Source: Candidatus Egerieousia excrementavium (GTDB lineage: Bacteria; Bacteroidota; Bacteroidia; Bacteroidales; UBA932). From it: 43,793 nt of DNA. The translations under genes and the position numbers were made by a program. The notes beneath the pieces were generated by a model that worked only from the letters and a program-made list of their open reading frames with translations, had not been told where the DNA came from and searched no databases. Shown piece by piece: positions 18,760 through 29,170 of this stretch (positions within the stretch are counted from its first letter, which is position 1; each line of letters opens with the position of its first letter). The stretch spans positions 1 through 43,793 of the forward strand of contig JADINB010000136.1 in assembly GCA_017694275.1 (NCBI GenBank), written 5' to 3'.

Positions 18760-20121
18760 CTATTGTCTGCGGAACTTCGGGAAATATTTTCTATAGAAAG
18801 CTATTCCTACGAAATCTGCAATGGCCCAGCCTATTGGAATAGACCACCAGATAGCATCGACTCCAATAGATGCAATTGACGCTCCCCAGTAGGCGAGTGC
18901 TACTCTTGTTCCGAGCGAAAGCACTGTAAGCAGGACCGACATGGATGGCTTGTCTATTGCCCTGTAATAGCCGTAAAGCAGGAACAATATGCCAATCCCT
19001 ACATAAAAGGCCCCTTCGATTCTCAAATAATCCATACCTACAGAGAGGATTTCCACCTCTGAAGGCCTGATGAAAACAAGCATCAGTTTTCTGGCAAAAA
19101 TCACGACCAGTGCGGAGACGGCTAGCGAAAAGAGGGTTGTCGTAAGAAATGCGCTTTTTACGCCCTGCCTTATCCTCTCATGTTTTTTTGCTCCAAAATT
19201 CTGGGCGACAAATGTGGAAAATGCATTGCCGAATTCCTGCACGGGCATATATGCAAAGGAGTCTATCTTTACGGCGGCGGCAAATGCTGCCATTACCGCC
19301 GTCCCAAAACTGTTTACCAGACCCTGTACCAGCAATATGCCGAAATTCATCACAGACTGCTGTATACAGGTCAATGAAGAGAATGCGGCTATCTGCCTTA
19401 CAGATTTGGAATCAAACTGCATTTCTGCCCGTTTTACCCTAAGTTCCGGGCGTTTGAGTATTGTATGGAACATTATTCCCGTACCCGCCGCAGCCTGTGA
19501 AATTACAGTTGCCCAGGCTGCTCCCTTTATACCCCATCCGAATGAGAGAATGAAAAGCAGGTCCAGGCCTATGTTGAGGATGACAGAGGCGGCAAGAAAC
19601 CATAGCGGCGTTACAGAGTCTCCTACGGCGCGCAGCAGTGCCGTATAAAAGTTATAGAGAAATGTGAAGATTATGCCGCAGAAGATCATCCAGAGATAGT
19701 CATACATCATGGAGTAAATCTCCTGCGGAGTCTGCAACAGCCTCAGGATGGGATGCAGCAGGCCAAGGGCGGCTATGGCAAGTGCAAGCGCGACAGAACC
19801 TGTCAGAACAAATGAAGTAAAAATATATCGTTTCAGTTCCTGTTTTTTCCCCGCTCCGTAAAGCATGGAAAAGAGAGTGCCGCTTCCAAGCGAAAGCCCA
19901 ATGAGAATAGAGGTGAGAAAGACCATGAAGGCATAGGCTGAACCAACGGCGGCAAGAGCTCCGCTCCCAAGAAACTGTCCGACAATAAAGGTATCTGCAA
20001 TATTGTAACACTGCTGCAGAAGCGAGCAGGCCATCATTGGCATTGTAAATTTCAGCAGAGTGGAGGTTATGGGGCCGCGGGTAAGGTCTCCCTTTTCGGT
20101 CAGATTGCCTGAAGCGCTCAT
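18760..20121 (-). CDS. MATE family efflux transporter
   Basis: Length is 453 aa, polytopic (about 12 TM segments), with the MATE-type N-terminus [36 protein letters not shown]. It overlaps the ruvA stop by 4 nt. Confidence 0.85.
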   Translation of the reverse strand: MSASGNLTEKGDLTRGPITSTLLKFTMPMMACSLLQQCYNIADTFIVGQFLGSGALAAVGSAYAFMVFLTSILIGLSLGSGTLFSMLYGAGKKQELKRYIFTSFVLTGSVALALAIAALGLLHPILRLLQTPQEIYSMMYDYLWMIFCGIIFTFLYNFYTALLRAVGDSVTPLWFLAASVILNIGLDLLFILSFGWGIKGAAWATVISQAAAGTGIMFHTILKRPELRVKRAEMQFDSKSVRQIAAFSSLTCIQQSVMNFGILLVQGLVNSFGTAVMAAFAAAVKIDSFAYMPVQEFGNAFSTFVAQNFGAKKHERIRQGVKSAFLTTTLFSLAVSALVVIFARKLMLVFIRPSEVEILSVGMDYLRIEGAFYVGIGILFLLYGYYRAIDKPSMSVLLTVLSLGTRVALAYWGASIASIGVDAIWWSIPIGWAIADFVGIAFYRKYFPKFRRQ

Positions 20122-20711
20122 AAAAGCTGTCTCATGGCCAGTTTTATCAGTTCGTCCACTTTGCTTTCGGGATGTTCCTTGAAGACAGTGTTGACAGCCT
20201 TTTCAGACTGGTTCTTTGGAAACCCAAGTACAAGCAGGGCAGCAATGGCTTCTTCCTTCTGCGGGTTATTGAAAGAGAGGGCGGCTGTTGAAAAACCGTC
20301 TGACACGCCCCCCTTCGCTATTTTGTCCTGAAGTTCTATTATGATTCTCTGTGCCGTCTTGAGCCCTACACCCTTGATGCTCTTTATCCGGCTTTCGTTT
20401 CCGGTCAGTATTGCCTCTCTGAGCTCTTCGAATGTCATGGAGGAGAGAATTGTGCGTGCCATATTGGGGCCGATTCCGGAAATCCCTATGAGTAGCAGGA
20501 AAATCTCGCGTTCCTGAGACCCGTAAAACCCGAACCAGAGTTCCTGGTCTTCGCGTATGTGGTGATAAATATAGAGTTTTACATCTGAAAGCGACTGGAT
20601 GTCGGTGAATGTCTGGAGCGATATCTGGAGCCTGTAGCCAATTCCGTTGTTTTCCACCACAACATATGTCGGCATGACCTCCACAATTTTTCCTTTTATG
20701 AAATCATACAT
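20118..20711 (-). CDS. ruvA: Holliday junction branch migration protein RuvA
   Basis: N-terminus MYDFIKGKIVEV..., followed by GIGYRLQIS, and HhH motifs ISGIGPNMARTIL and IKGVGLKTAQRII. Confidence 0.9.
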   Translation of the reverse strand: MYDFIKGKIVEVMPTYVVVENNGIGYRLQISLQTFTDIQSLSDVKLYIYHHIREDQELWFGFYGSQEREIFLLLIGISGIGPNMARTILSSMTFEELREAILTGNESRIKSIKGVGLKTAQRIIIELQDKIAKGGVSDGFSTAALSFNNPQKEEAIAALLVLGFPKNQSEKAVNTVFKEHPESKVDELIKLAMRQLL

Positions 20712-20745
20712 GTCCTTCCCGTATTAGCCCGTTTAACATAGGTTG

Positions 20746-20753
20746 CAAAATTA
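20746..20753 (-). promoter_or_regulatory. -7 box (TAATTTTG on the minus strand) for ruvA-MATE
   Basis: Matches TAnnTTTG, 35 bp upstream of the ruvA ATG. Confidence 0.4.
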
Positions 20754-20797
20754 TGTTATTTATATGGAAAGAAAAAGTTTGTTTCTATTTTTGCATC

Positions 20798-22030
20798 ATG
20801 AACAAAATACTGGAAAATATAAGAGCTGCGGTGCCGGCACTTTCGCAGCAGGTTTACGGAAAGCCTCTTGTCTATCTCGACAATGCGGCAACTTCGCAGA
20901 AGCCGGTTCAGGTAATAGAGCTGGTCAATATGATGAACAGCAAGCTGAACGGCAATGTCCATCGTGCAATGCACTATCTGAGCGAACAGTCGACCATGCT
21001 ATACGAACAGGCCCGCGAGAAGGCAAGACAACATATAAATGCTCCGGGCAGGGAGAATATAATATTCACATCCGGTGCAACTGCCGCTATAAATCTGGTT
21101 GCAAGCAGTTTTTCATGCAAGTTTCTGAAAAGTGGGGATTCTGTAATCATAGCCGGCGATTCGCATCATTCCAACATAGTCCCATGGCAGATTGCATGCG
21201 AGAGGGCAGGGGCAAGGCTCAAAGTGATTCCGGTAGACGATAACGGACGCCTTGAGATTGAACGGCTGGATTCTCTTATTGATTCCCGAACAAGGCTTGT
21301 GGCAGTAACCCATATTTCCAATGTTCTTGGAATTGTGAACGATATGGAAAAGATAACCGAAATCGCACATGCCAGGGGAGCCAAGGTTCTTGTAGACGGT
21401 GCGCAGGGAATAGTGCACGCGAAAGTAGATGTGCAGGCCATGGATTGTGATTTTTACGCATTTTCAGCCCATAAGATCTATGGCGAAACAGGCAGCGGCA
21501 TCCTGTATGGCAAATCTGATTTGCTGAACCAGATGCCGCCATATATGGGAGGCGGTGAAATGGTGGAGACGGTAACATATGAAAAGACAACGTATGCACC
21601 GCTGCCCCTGAAATTCGAAGCCGGAACGCCGAATTTCATAGCGGCGGCCTCTCTGGCTCCGGCTATTGATTTTGCAGATGCGCTCGACTCCGGCGAGTGG
21701 GGCATAGCGGTAAAGGAGGAGGAAGATGCAATTCTTGCATATCTTCCAGATGCCCTGCGTGAAATAGAGGGGCTCACCCTTTATGGCACTTATGGGAAGA
21801 AGATACCGCTGTTTTCATTCAGTGTGGAAGGATGCAACTCTTCTGATATTGCACAGATGCTTGACAAACTGGGTATAGCAGTGCGTTCTGGCCAGATGTG
21901 TTCCGAGCCGCTGATGAACCGTTATGGCGTAACCGGAATGGTCAGGGCCTCCTTTGCCCCGTACAATACGCTGGAGGAGGCCGTATACCTTGCAGATTCT
22001 CTGAAGCGGGTTGTCAAAATGTTAAGATAA
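20798..22030 (+). CDS. sufS: Cysteine desulfurase SufS (class V aminotransferase)
   Basis: Motifs YLDNAATSQKP, PLP lysine in FSAHKIYG, and catalytic Cys in RSGQMCSEP. I trimmed the start to MNKILENI (ATG at 20798). Confidence 0.9.
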   Translation: MNKILENIRAAVPALSQQVYGKPLVYLDNAATSQKPVQVIELVNMMNSKLNGNVHRAMHYLSEQSTMLYEQAREKARQHINAPGRENIIFTSGATAAINLVASSFSCKFLKSGDSVIIAGDSHHSNIVPWQIACERAGARLKVIPVDDNGRLEIERLDSLIDSRTRLVAVTHISNVLGIVNDMEKITEIAHARGAKVLVDGAQGIVHAKVDVQAMDCDFYAFSAHKIYGETGSGILYGKSDLLNQMPPYMGGGEMVETVTYEKTTYAPLPLKFEAGTPNFIAAASLAPAIDFADALDSGEWGIAVKEEEDAILAYLPDALREIEGLTLYGTYGKKIPLFSFSVEGCNSSDIAQMLDKLGIAVRSGQMCSEPLMNRYGVTGMVRASFAPYNTLEEAVYLADSLKRVVKMLR

Positions 22031-22035
22031 AAGGA

Positions 22036-22066
22036 AATTGTCAGACATTGCAGTGTCATGACAATT
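22036..22066 (+). terminator. Hairpin after sufS (possible terminator or processing structure)
   Basis: AATTGTCAGACA-ttgcag-TGTCATGACAATT. No clean T-run follows it. Confidence 0.35.
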
Positions 22067-22099
22067 GTAAATAAATTTGCATTACGCTTGGCTTTTGTG

Positions 22100-22107
22100 T
22101 ATGTTTG
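22100..22107 (+). promoter_or_regulatory. -7 box (TATGTTTG) for tRNA-Thr, with an upstream TTTG at 22076..22079
   Basis: Matches TAnnTTTG and ends 10 nt before the tRNA 5' end. A candidate -33 TTTG element ends 20 nt upstream of the box. Confidence 0.5.
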
Positions 22108-22117
22108 CACCGTAAAT

Positions 22118-22190
22118 GCCTGATTAGCTCAATTGGCAGAGCACATATTTCGTAAGTATGAGGTTGGTGGTTCGATTCCACTATCAGGCT
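22118..22190 (+). tRNA. tRNA-Thr (anticodon CGT)
   Basis: I folded the cloverleaf by hand. Acceptor stem GCCTGAT/ATCAGGC, D arm GCTC..GAGC, anticodon stem CATAT/GTATG with loop TTCGTAA, and T arm GGTGG-TTCGATT-CCACT. Length is 73 nt with no encoded CCA. Confidence 0.9.
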
Positions 22191-22213
22191 CTAAAGCTGA
22201 GATTTACAGATAT

Positions 22214-22630
22214 ATGACTATTCAGGAAACAGAAGAGGCTATTGTCGGGGAGTTCTCTGTATTTACAGACTGGATGGACAAGTATGAATATATCATAGAA
22301 CTTGGCAAAAGCGTACCTCCGATTGCCGAGAGCGCAAGAAACGAGGGCAATCTGATCAAGGGATGCCAAAGCAGGGTCTGGCTGGACTGCAGTTATTCAG
22401 AGGGAAAACTCTATTTTTCGGCAGACAGCGACGCCATAATCACAAAAGGCATTATCTCACTTCTAATAAGAGTATATAACGGACAGTCACCCAAGGACAT
22501 TGTGGAGTCTGACCTCTCGTTTATCCAAAAGATAGGTCTGCAGGAGAATCTCTCGCCCACGCGTGCAAACGGTCTGGTATCGATGATAAAGCAGATAAGG
22601 GCTTATGCCTTGGCTTATATGAACAAGTAG
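22214..22630 (+). CDS. sufE: SufE-family sulfur acceptor protein
   Basis: Conserved Cys region LIKGCQSRVWL. I trimmed the start to MTIQETEEA because the upstream part of ORF 22133.. is the tRNA-Thr sequence. Confidence 0.85.
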   Translation: MTIQETEEAIVGEFSVFTDWMDKYEYIIELGKSVPPIAESARNEGNLIKGCQSRVWLDCSYSEGKLYFSADSDAIITKGIISLLIRVYNGQSPKDIVESDLSFIQKIGLQENLSPTRANGLVSMIKQIRAYALAYMNK

Positions 22631-22645
22631 TTTGGAGGAACAAGC

Positions 22646-22957
22646 ATGACAATCGAGAGTTTGCAGCGAGACATTGTAAGGGCATTGCGACAGGTTTATG
22701 ATCCTGAAATTCCCGTAAACATTTATGATTTGGGCCTTATCTATGAGATAAAGATAGATGATGACCACAAGGTATCAATAAAAATGACGCTTACGGCTCC
22801 CAACTGTCCGCTGGCAGATGACCTTGTGGAAAATGTCTATGAGGCGGTAAAGGATGTGCCTGGAGTGACCGATACCGCAATAGAACTGGTTTTTGAACCC
22901 GAGTGGGACAAGAGCCGCATGAGCGAAGAGGCTTTGGCCGAACTGGGCTGGCTGTAA
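22646..22957 (+). CDS. DUF59/SufT-like Fe-S cluster assembly protein
   Basis: Motifs VYDPEIPVNIYDLGLIY and MTLTAPNCPLAD. Length is 103 aa. Confidence 0.8.
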   Translation: MTIESLQRDIVRALRQVYDPEIPVNIYDLGLIYEIKIDDDHKVSIKMTLTAPNCPLADDLVENVYEAVKDVPGVTDTAIELVFEPEWDKSRMSEEALAELGWL

Positions 22958-22970
22958 CGGAGAAAATCAA

Positions 22971-23498
22971 ATGAACATTGTTTATTTGCTTTTGGGCAGC
23001 AATCTCGGAGAACGGAAGCAATATTTGGAGAGTGCATGTGCAAGACTTGTCGCCAAACTGCTTCCTGCCTGCATGCAAGTGAAGCAGAATGAGGCGGTAA
23101 GGTACTCTTCAGTGTATGAGACTGAGCCTTGGGGCTTTGAAAGCAGGAACAAGTTTCTCAATATGGCCATGATGCTGTATACTGAAATGGACCCTCTCAG
23201 GGTTTTGGGTATATGCAAGGATATAGAGCAGGAGCTGGGCAGGGAAAGGCATGGTGCGGAGCGTGACGGAGACGGCCGGAGAATTTACAGTTCAAGAACA
23301 ATAGATATAGACATATTGCTTTTTTACAAAGATGGGGAGCCGGTGGTGATGGATAATGAAGAACTTACAATTCCACATCCGAGAATGGCAGAAAGGCTTT
23401 TTGCAATCGAGCCGCTTTCAGAGATTGCTGGGGAGTTGAGGCATCCGGTTGTGGGAACGAGTATAAAAGAGATGTTAAGTCAATTAAAACAGAGATAA
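22971..23498 (+). CDS. folK: 2-amino-4-hydroxy-6-hydroxymethyldihydropteridine diphosphokinase
   Basis: Motifs LLLGSNLGER, YETEPWG, RTIDIDILLF and IPHPRMAERLFAIEPL. Confidence 0.9.
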   Translation: MNIVYLLLGSNLGERKQYLESACARLVAKLLPACMQVKQNEAVRYSSVYETEPWGFESRNKFLNMAMMLYTEMDPLRVLGICKDIEQELGRERHGAERDGDGRRIYSSRTIDIDILLFYKDGEPVVMDNEELTIPHPRMAERLFAIEPLSEIAGELRHPVVGTSIKEMLSQLKQR

Positions 23499-23500
23499 AG

Positions 23501-25042
23501 ATGACACAGGACGAATTGTTTAAAAATCTCATTGCCCATACCAAAGAGTATGGTTTTATCTTTCCGTCAAGCGAGATTTACGACGGATTAAGTGCGGTTT
23601 ACGACTACGGGCAAATGGGGTCGGAGTTGAAGAACAACATTAAGAAGTATTGGTGGGAAGCTATGGTTCGCCTGCATGAGAATATCGTAGGAATAGATTC
23701 TGCAATATTCATGCACCCGAAAATCTGGGAGGCATCGGGGCATGTCGGAGCCTTTAACGACCCTCTCATTGACAACAAGGATTCAAAGAAAAGGTACAGG
23801 GCAGATGTGCTGCTCGAAGACTATATTGCAAAACTCGAGGAAAAGATAGAGAAAGAGGTGGAAAAAGGCCGCAGGAAATTCGGCGAGAGCTTTGATGAGG
23901 AGCAGTTCCGGGCAACTAATCCTAACGTGCAGCGCAATCTTGCAAAACTGAATTCTGTAAAGGAGAAGATGGTTGCTGCCCTTAAAAGCAATGACTTTAC
24001 GGCGCTGCGACAACTCATTCTTGATTGCGACATAGTTTGTCCGGTATCTGGAACAAAGAACTGGACGGAAATCCGTCAGTTTAACCTTATGTTCAGCACG
24101 CAACTGGGGAATACATCCGACGAGACCGGTATAATTTACCTTCGTCCCGAGACCGCACAGGGCATTTTCGTAAACTTTTTGAACGTGCAGAAGACGGGCA
24201 GGATGAAATTGCCGTTTGGTATAGCACAGATTGGAAAAGCTTTCAGAAATGAGATAGTGGCAAGGCAGTTCATATTCAGAATGAGAGAATTCGAGCAAAT
24301 GGAGATGCAGTTCTTCGTAAAACCGGGTACAGAACTGGAGTGGTTTGCAAAATGGAAGCAGATAAGGCTTGAGTGGCATAAGGCTCTTGGAATGGGTGAC
24401 GAGAAGTACAGGTATCATGACCACGACAAACTGGCTCATTATGCCAATGCTGCAACAGATATTGAATTTGATTTTCCCTTTGGGTTTAAAGAGCTGGAGG
24501 GCATTCACTCCCGCACAAACTTTGATTTGGGGCGCCATCAGGAGTTTTCTGGCAAGAAACTGCAATATTTTGACCCTGAACTTAACGAGAGTTATGTTCC
24601 ATACGTGATAGAGACATCTATCGGGTTGGACAGAACAGTTTTGGCCGTGCTTTCCGGTGCATATAAGGAGGAACAGCTGGAGAATGGCGAGAGCCGCGTT
24701 GTGCTTAAGTTCCATCCTGCACTTGCTCCTGTTAAGGTTGCAGTGTTGCCTCTGATAAAGAAAGACGGGCTTCCTGAGCTTGCCCAAAAGGTTATGGATA
24801 ATCTGAAATATGATTTCAACTGCCAATATGACGAGAAAGATTCTATAGGAAAGCGTTATCGCAGGCAGGATGCCATTGGAACTCCTCTTTGTGTTACGGT
24901 AGACCATCAGTCTCTCGAAGATAATGCGGTTACCCTGCGCGACAGAGATACAATGCAGCAGGAGAGGGTATCTATAGACGCACTTCCGGAGATTGTAGAC
25001 AAGAAGGTAAATATCAAATATTTGCTCAAAAAACTTTCTTGA
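23501..25042 (+). CDS. glyQS: Glycine--tRNA ligase (homodimeric class II type)
   Basis: Motifs IFPSSEIYDGL, YLRPETAQGIFVNF, GKAFRNEI and ETSIGLDR, plus a C-terminal anticodon-binding domain. Confidence 0.95.
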   Translation: MTQDELFKNLIAHTKEYGFIFPSSEIYDGLSAVYDYGQMGSELKNNIKKYWWEAMVRLHENIVGIDSAIFMHPKIWEASGHVGAFNDPLIDNKDSKKRYRADVLLEDYIAKLEEKIEKEVEKGRRKFGESFDEEQFRATNPNVQRNLAKLNSVKEKMVAALKSNDFTALRQLILDCDIVCPVSGTKNWTEIRQFNLMFSTQLGNTSDETGIIYLRPETAQGIFVNFLNVQKTGRMKLPFGIAQIGKAFRNEIVARQFIFRMREFEQMEMQFFVKPGTELEWFAKWKQIRLEWHKALGMGDEKYRYHDHDKLAHYANAATDIEFDFPFGFKELEGIHSRTNFDLGRHQEFSGKKLQYFDPELNESYVPYVIETSIGLDRTVLAVLSGAYKEEQLENGESRVVLKFHPALAPVKVAVLPLIKKDGLPELAQKVMDNLKYDFNCQYDEKDSIGKRYRRQDAIGTPLCVTVDHQSLEDNAVTLRDRDTMQQERVSIDALPEIVDKKVNIKYLLKKLS

Positions 25043-25102
25043 TCTGTAATTTTAGAATAATATGATATGCGCCCCGTGAGTGCCGCTAATATATCTCAAC
25101 AC

Positions 25103-25130
25103 AAAAGGCCGCGAGCAGCGGCCTTTTTTT
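25103..25130. terminator. Bidirectional terminator (glyQS on the plus strand, tRNA-Gln on the minus strand)
   Basis: AAAA-GGCCGC-gagca-GCGGCC-TTTTTTT. Confidence 0.7.
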
Positions 25131-25131
25131 G

Positions 25132-25202
25132 TTGAGATACAAGGATTCGAACCTTGACAGACAGAACCAAAATCTGTAGTGCTACCATTACACCATATCT
25201 CA
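25132..25202 (-). tRNA. tRNA-Gln (anticodon TTG)
   Basis: Hand-folded on the minus strand. Acceptor stem TGAGATA/TATCTCA, D arm GTGT..GCAC, anticodon stem ACAGA/TCTGT with loop TTTTGGT, and T arm CAAGG-TTCGAAT-CCTTG. Length is 71 nt. Confidence 0.9.
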
Positions 25203-25213
25203 CTGTGAGAGTG

Positions 25214-25221
25214 CAAAGTTA
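25214..25221 (-). promoter_or_regulatory. -7 box (TAACTTTG on the minus strand) for tRNA-Gln
   Basis: Matches TAnnTTTG and ends 11 nt before the tRNA 5' end. Confidence 0.5.
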
Positions 25222-25253
25222 TGAATCTTTTTTTATTTAGCCAAAAGATGTTT

Positions 25254-25715
25254 TTAAAGCAGATTGGTGATTTTGTCTCCGAAATAGCTGTAGGCTGCAA
25301 TCCACATCCCGAACCTTGCGGCCTTTCCTATAAGCATATATAGGGCACATTTTGGGAAATTGAGTCTGTAAAAGCCAAGCCCTAGGGCAAAAATATCTCC
25401 CACGAACGGAAACCAGCAGCAGAAGGCAAGCAACGCTCCATACCGTTCTATCCGGTGCCGTTGCCTCTCAAGTTTTTCTTTTGATATCCTCAGCCATTTT
25501 TCTATCCATTCCCATTTGCCCAAATATCCCAGATAGTAGGAGGTAAGGCCTCCCAGCCAGTTTCCGGCGGTTGAGACTGCAAAAGTTGCAAAGTAATCGC
25601 CCCCGGCTACGAGTATGCCGGTAACCAGAATTTCTGAACTGAACGGAATGATTGTCGCCGCCAGGAACGTACCTATGAACAGTCCTATATATCCCCACTC
25701 CTGTAGAAATTCCAT
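25254..25715 (-). CDS. YqaA/DedA-like (SNARE-associated domain) membrane protein
   Basis: Length is 153 aa, with 4 TM segments. The N-terminus WGYIGLFIGTFLAATIIPFSSE is typical of the family. Confidence 0.7.
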   Translation of the reverse strand: MEFLQEWGYIGLFIGTFLAATIIPFSSEILVTGILVAGGDYFATFAVSTAGNWLGGLTSYYLGYLGKWEWIEKWLRISKEKLERQRHRIERYGALLAFCCWFPFVGDIFALGLGFYRLNFPKCALYMLIGKAARFGMWIAAYSYFGDKITNLL

Positions 25716-25723
25716 TCCGGTTG

Positions 25724-26173
25724 TCAGTTTCTTTTCCTTTTAAAAAAATCAGTGATCAGCGTGGCGCACTCTTGTTCCATAATGGCAGATGTAACCGTTG
25801 TCTTGGGATGCAGCAGCGACGGAGAAAAGAGCGAGTAGCCTCTTTTAGGATCTGATGCACCGTAAACGATTCTCGAGACCTGAGCCCAGTTGAGTGCTGC
25901 CGCACACATGGGACATGGTTCGAGCGTGACATATATGGTGCATCCTGTCAGATATTTGCCGCCTATATGTGCAGTGGCCATTGTAATGGCCTGCATTTCT
26001 GCATGGGCCGTGGTGTCTGTAAGGCGTTCTGTAAGGTTGTGTGCTCTTGCTATGATTTTGCCGTTGCATACAATGACAGCCCCCACAGGAATTTCTTCCA
26101 TTCCGTCAGCCAGAACAGCCTCCTTAATGGCCTCTTTCATAAAGCGTATGTCGTTATCTGTGGTATTTTCCAT
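25724..26173 (-). CDS. tadA: tRNA adenosine(34) deaminase TadA
   Basis: Zinc motifs HAEMQAI and [10 protein letters not shown] trimmed the start to [15 protein letters not shown] because a -7 box lies inside the longer ORF. Confidence 0.9.
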   Translation of the reverse strand: MENTTDNDIRFMKEAIKEAVLADGMEEIPVGAVIVCNGKIIARAHNLTERLTDTTAHAEMQAITMATAHIGGKYLTGCTIYVTLEPCPMCAAALNWAQVSRIVYGASDPKRGYSLFSPSLLHPKTTVTSAIMEQECATLITDFFKRKRN

Positions 26174-26199
26174 CTTTTTGTCTGCAAATGGCAGCGGGG

Positions 26200-26207
26200 C
26201 AAAGGTA
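26200..26207 (-). promoter_or_regulatory. -7 box (TACCTTTG on the minus strand) for tadA-yqaA
   Basis: Matches TAnnTTTG, 27 bp upstream of the ATG at 26173. Confidence 0.4.
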
Positions 26208-26332
26208 AGATAAAAAATGTCAATATTGCCATGCCATTTTGTCATATATGCCGCGTGGCACTGCATTTGCCTATAGCAAAATGCTCCCGCAAGGGAGGAA
26301 AATCGAACAATAAACATTTAAAATTTATCAAT

Positions 26333-26602
26333 ATGAACATTAAACCATTAGCAGACAGAGTTTTGATTGAGCCTAAGGAGGCTGAAACAAAAACAGCCGG
26401 CGGATTGTATATCCCCGACAATGCAAAAGAGAAACCCCAGGAGGGAGTTGTATTGGCAGTGGGTCCTGGTAAAAAAGATGAACCCATGGAGGTTAAAGTC
26501 GGTGACAAGGTTCTTTACGGCAAATATGCCGGAACAGAAGTCAATGCCGGCGATAAAACCTATATGATTATGCGTCAATCTGATATTCTTGCTGTTATTT
26601 AA
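26333..26602 (+). CDS. groES: Co-chaperonin GroES
   Basis: N-terminus [14 protein letters not shown]... and the mobile loop TAGGLYIP. Length is 89 aa. Confidence 0.95.
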   Translation: MNIKPLADRVLIEPKEAETKTAGGLYIPDNAKEKPQEGVVLAVGPGKKDEPMEVKVGDKVLYGKYAGTEVNAGDKTYMIMRQSDILAVI

Positions 26603-26607
26603 TTTAA

Positions 26608-28260
<1,653 letters not shown>

Positions 28261-28282
28261 CAGTCCTTTTCCGGAGTGGAGA

Positions 28283-28326
28283 AAACCCCGTCGGCGGCTC
28301 TGTGCCACAGACGGGGTTTCTTGTTT
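28283..28326. terminator. Terminator hairpin between the convergent groEL and PPTase genes
   Basis: AAACCCCGTC ... GACGGGGTTT (10-bp stem), followed by CTTGTTTC. Confidence 0.6.
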
Positions 28327-28342
28327 CAAGTCTTTAGGTCTG

Positions 28343-28978
28343 TTACCCTACCAGCCAGACAAGCAGGTGGTTTTCAAATATTTCATATTCCAGTTCAAAC
28401 TCCTCTTCTTCACCGTTTTTGTCTATGAACACGGCATCAATCTCACCTTCGTCTCTCGGAGTGAACTTGTCAATCTCCATCTGTTTTGCAAAATCTACCC
28501 CATGCTGGTTCATCCTTTTGTAGAGAGCCTCTTTTGCGCACCAGTAAATGGCAAGCTGCAGGTTCCTGTTTTTGTTGGACAGGTCATCTATCTCTTCTTC
28601 AGAGAGAGCCTTCTTTTCGACTGCCGAAAAATCTCTGTCGAGAGACTCTATGTCTATTCCCACATCTTCCGTAGGATGAGTTATGATTGCAACAAACCTT
28701 GTGGTATGTGTAATACTTATATGAATTGAGTTGTTCTGGATAAAGGGGCTGCCGTTGTCATGATGCCCCAAATAGACTTTTTCGTCAAAAACGGTGTTCA
28801 GAAGAGCCCTTACGGCCAGTTTTTCTTTTCTTCTTGCTGCACTTCCCATAAGGGACAACTCTTCCATTTCTTCATTTGGAATAGAGACAATCTGCAGCAG
28901 TTCTTCTTCGCTTTCAGTTACTTCCCACACGGAAATCTCGGCACCGTTGCTTAATTTCTTTCTCGAATAAAGGCCCAT
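28343..28978 (-). CDS. 4'-phosphopantetheinyl transferase (Sfp-type)
   Basis: PPTase motifs VGIDIE and YWCAKEALYK. Length is 211 aa. Confidence 0.85.
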   Translation of the reverse strand: MGLYSRKKLSNGAEISVWEVTESEEELLQIVSIPNEEMEELSLMGSAARRKEKLAVRALLNTVFDEKVYLGHHDNGSPFIQNNSIHISITHTTRFVAIITHPTEDVGIDIESLDRDFSAVEKKALSEEEIDDLSNKNRNLQLAIYWCAKEALYKRMNQHGVDFAKQMEIDKFTPRDEGEIDAVFIDKNGEEEEFELEYEIFENHLLVWLVG

Positions 28979-29161
28979 TTACAATTATTGTTTTATTGTT
29001 CCGACAGTAAAAACCACCTCTGCGGCAGAGACACAAGCTCCACTGCACCGGCAGTAAGGTTCATTGTTGTAAAGTAAATTCTGCCTCCGCGACCGGGAGA
29101 CAGGGTGATCTGCTATTTTGCTACTCGGAGGTTCCAAGGTTCTAATATTCAAAATTCGCAG
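28979..29161 (-). ncRNA. Candidate structured 5' leader or small RNA upstream of the PPTase gene
   Basis: A -7 box (TATATTTG on the minus strand, 29162..29169) sits just after the upstream stop. The roughly 180-nt non-coding stretch holds CCUCCG (29126..29131), CGGAGGCAGA (29080..29089), and a hairpin CUCUG-CCG-CAGAG (29018..29030) followed by GUGGUUUUU. I could not match it to any known RNA family by eye. Confidence 0.3.
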
Positions 29162-29170
29162 CAAATATAA

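Noticed and set aside
22133-22213. The N-terminal part of ORF 22133..22630 (MAEHIFRKYEVGGSIPLSGSK...).
   Set aside because: This stretch is the tRNA-Thr gene read as protein. The SufE homology begins at the internal Met (22214).
23783-24907. A 374-aa ORF antisense to glyQS, the longest unexplained ORF in the track.
   Set aside because: It lies entirely within, and antisense to, a clearly conserved glycyl-tRNA synthetase gene. Its translation is low-complexity, Leu/Cys/His-rich junk with no motif. Long stop-free antisense frames are a known by-product of codon bias. The same reasoning applies to the antisense ORFs 3929..4597, 8044..8520, 19070..19648, 27778..28329, 38591..39133 and 40759..41325.
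25052-25300. An 82-aa minus-strand ORF covering the glyQS terminator and tRNA-Gln.
   Set aside because: It overlaps a well-folding tRNA and a terminator hairpin, and has no coding signal.
26284-26297. A CTCCC-GCAA-GGGAG hairpin in the groES 5' region, whose 3' arm looks like a Shine-Dalgarno sequence. I considered an RNA thermometer. I also looked for the CIRCE element.
   Set aside because: The hairpin is 36 nt from the ATG, too far to occlude ribosome binding. No CIRCE-like TTAGCACTC-N9-GAGTGCTAA is present.
25967-26332. A long upstream extension of the groES ORF, and likewise the 48-codon extension of tadA (26174..26317).
   Set aside because: The extensions run antisense through each other and across the divergent promoter region, which includes a -7 box at 26200..26207. 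The canonical GroES (MNIKPLADR) and TadA (MENTTDN) N-termini start at internal Met codons.
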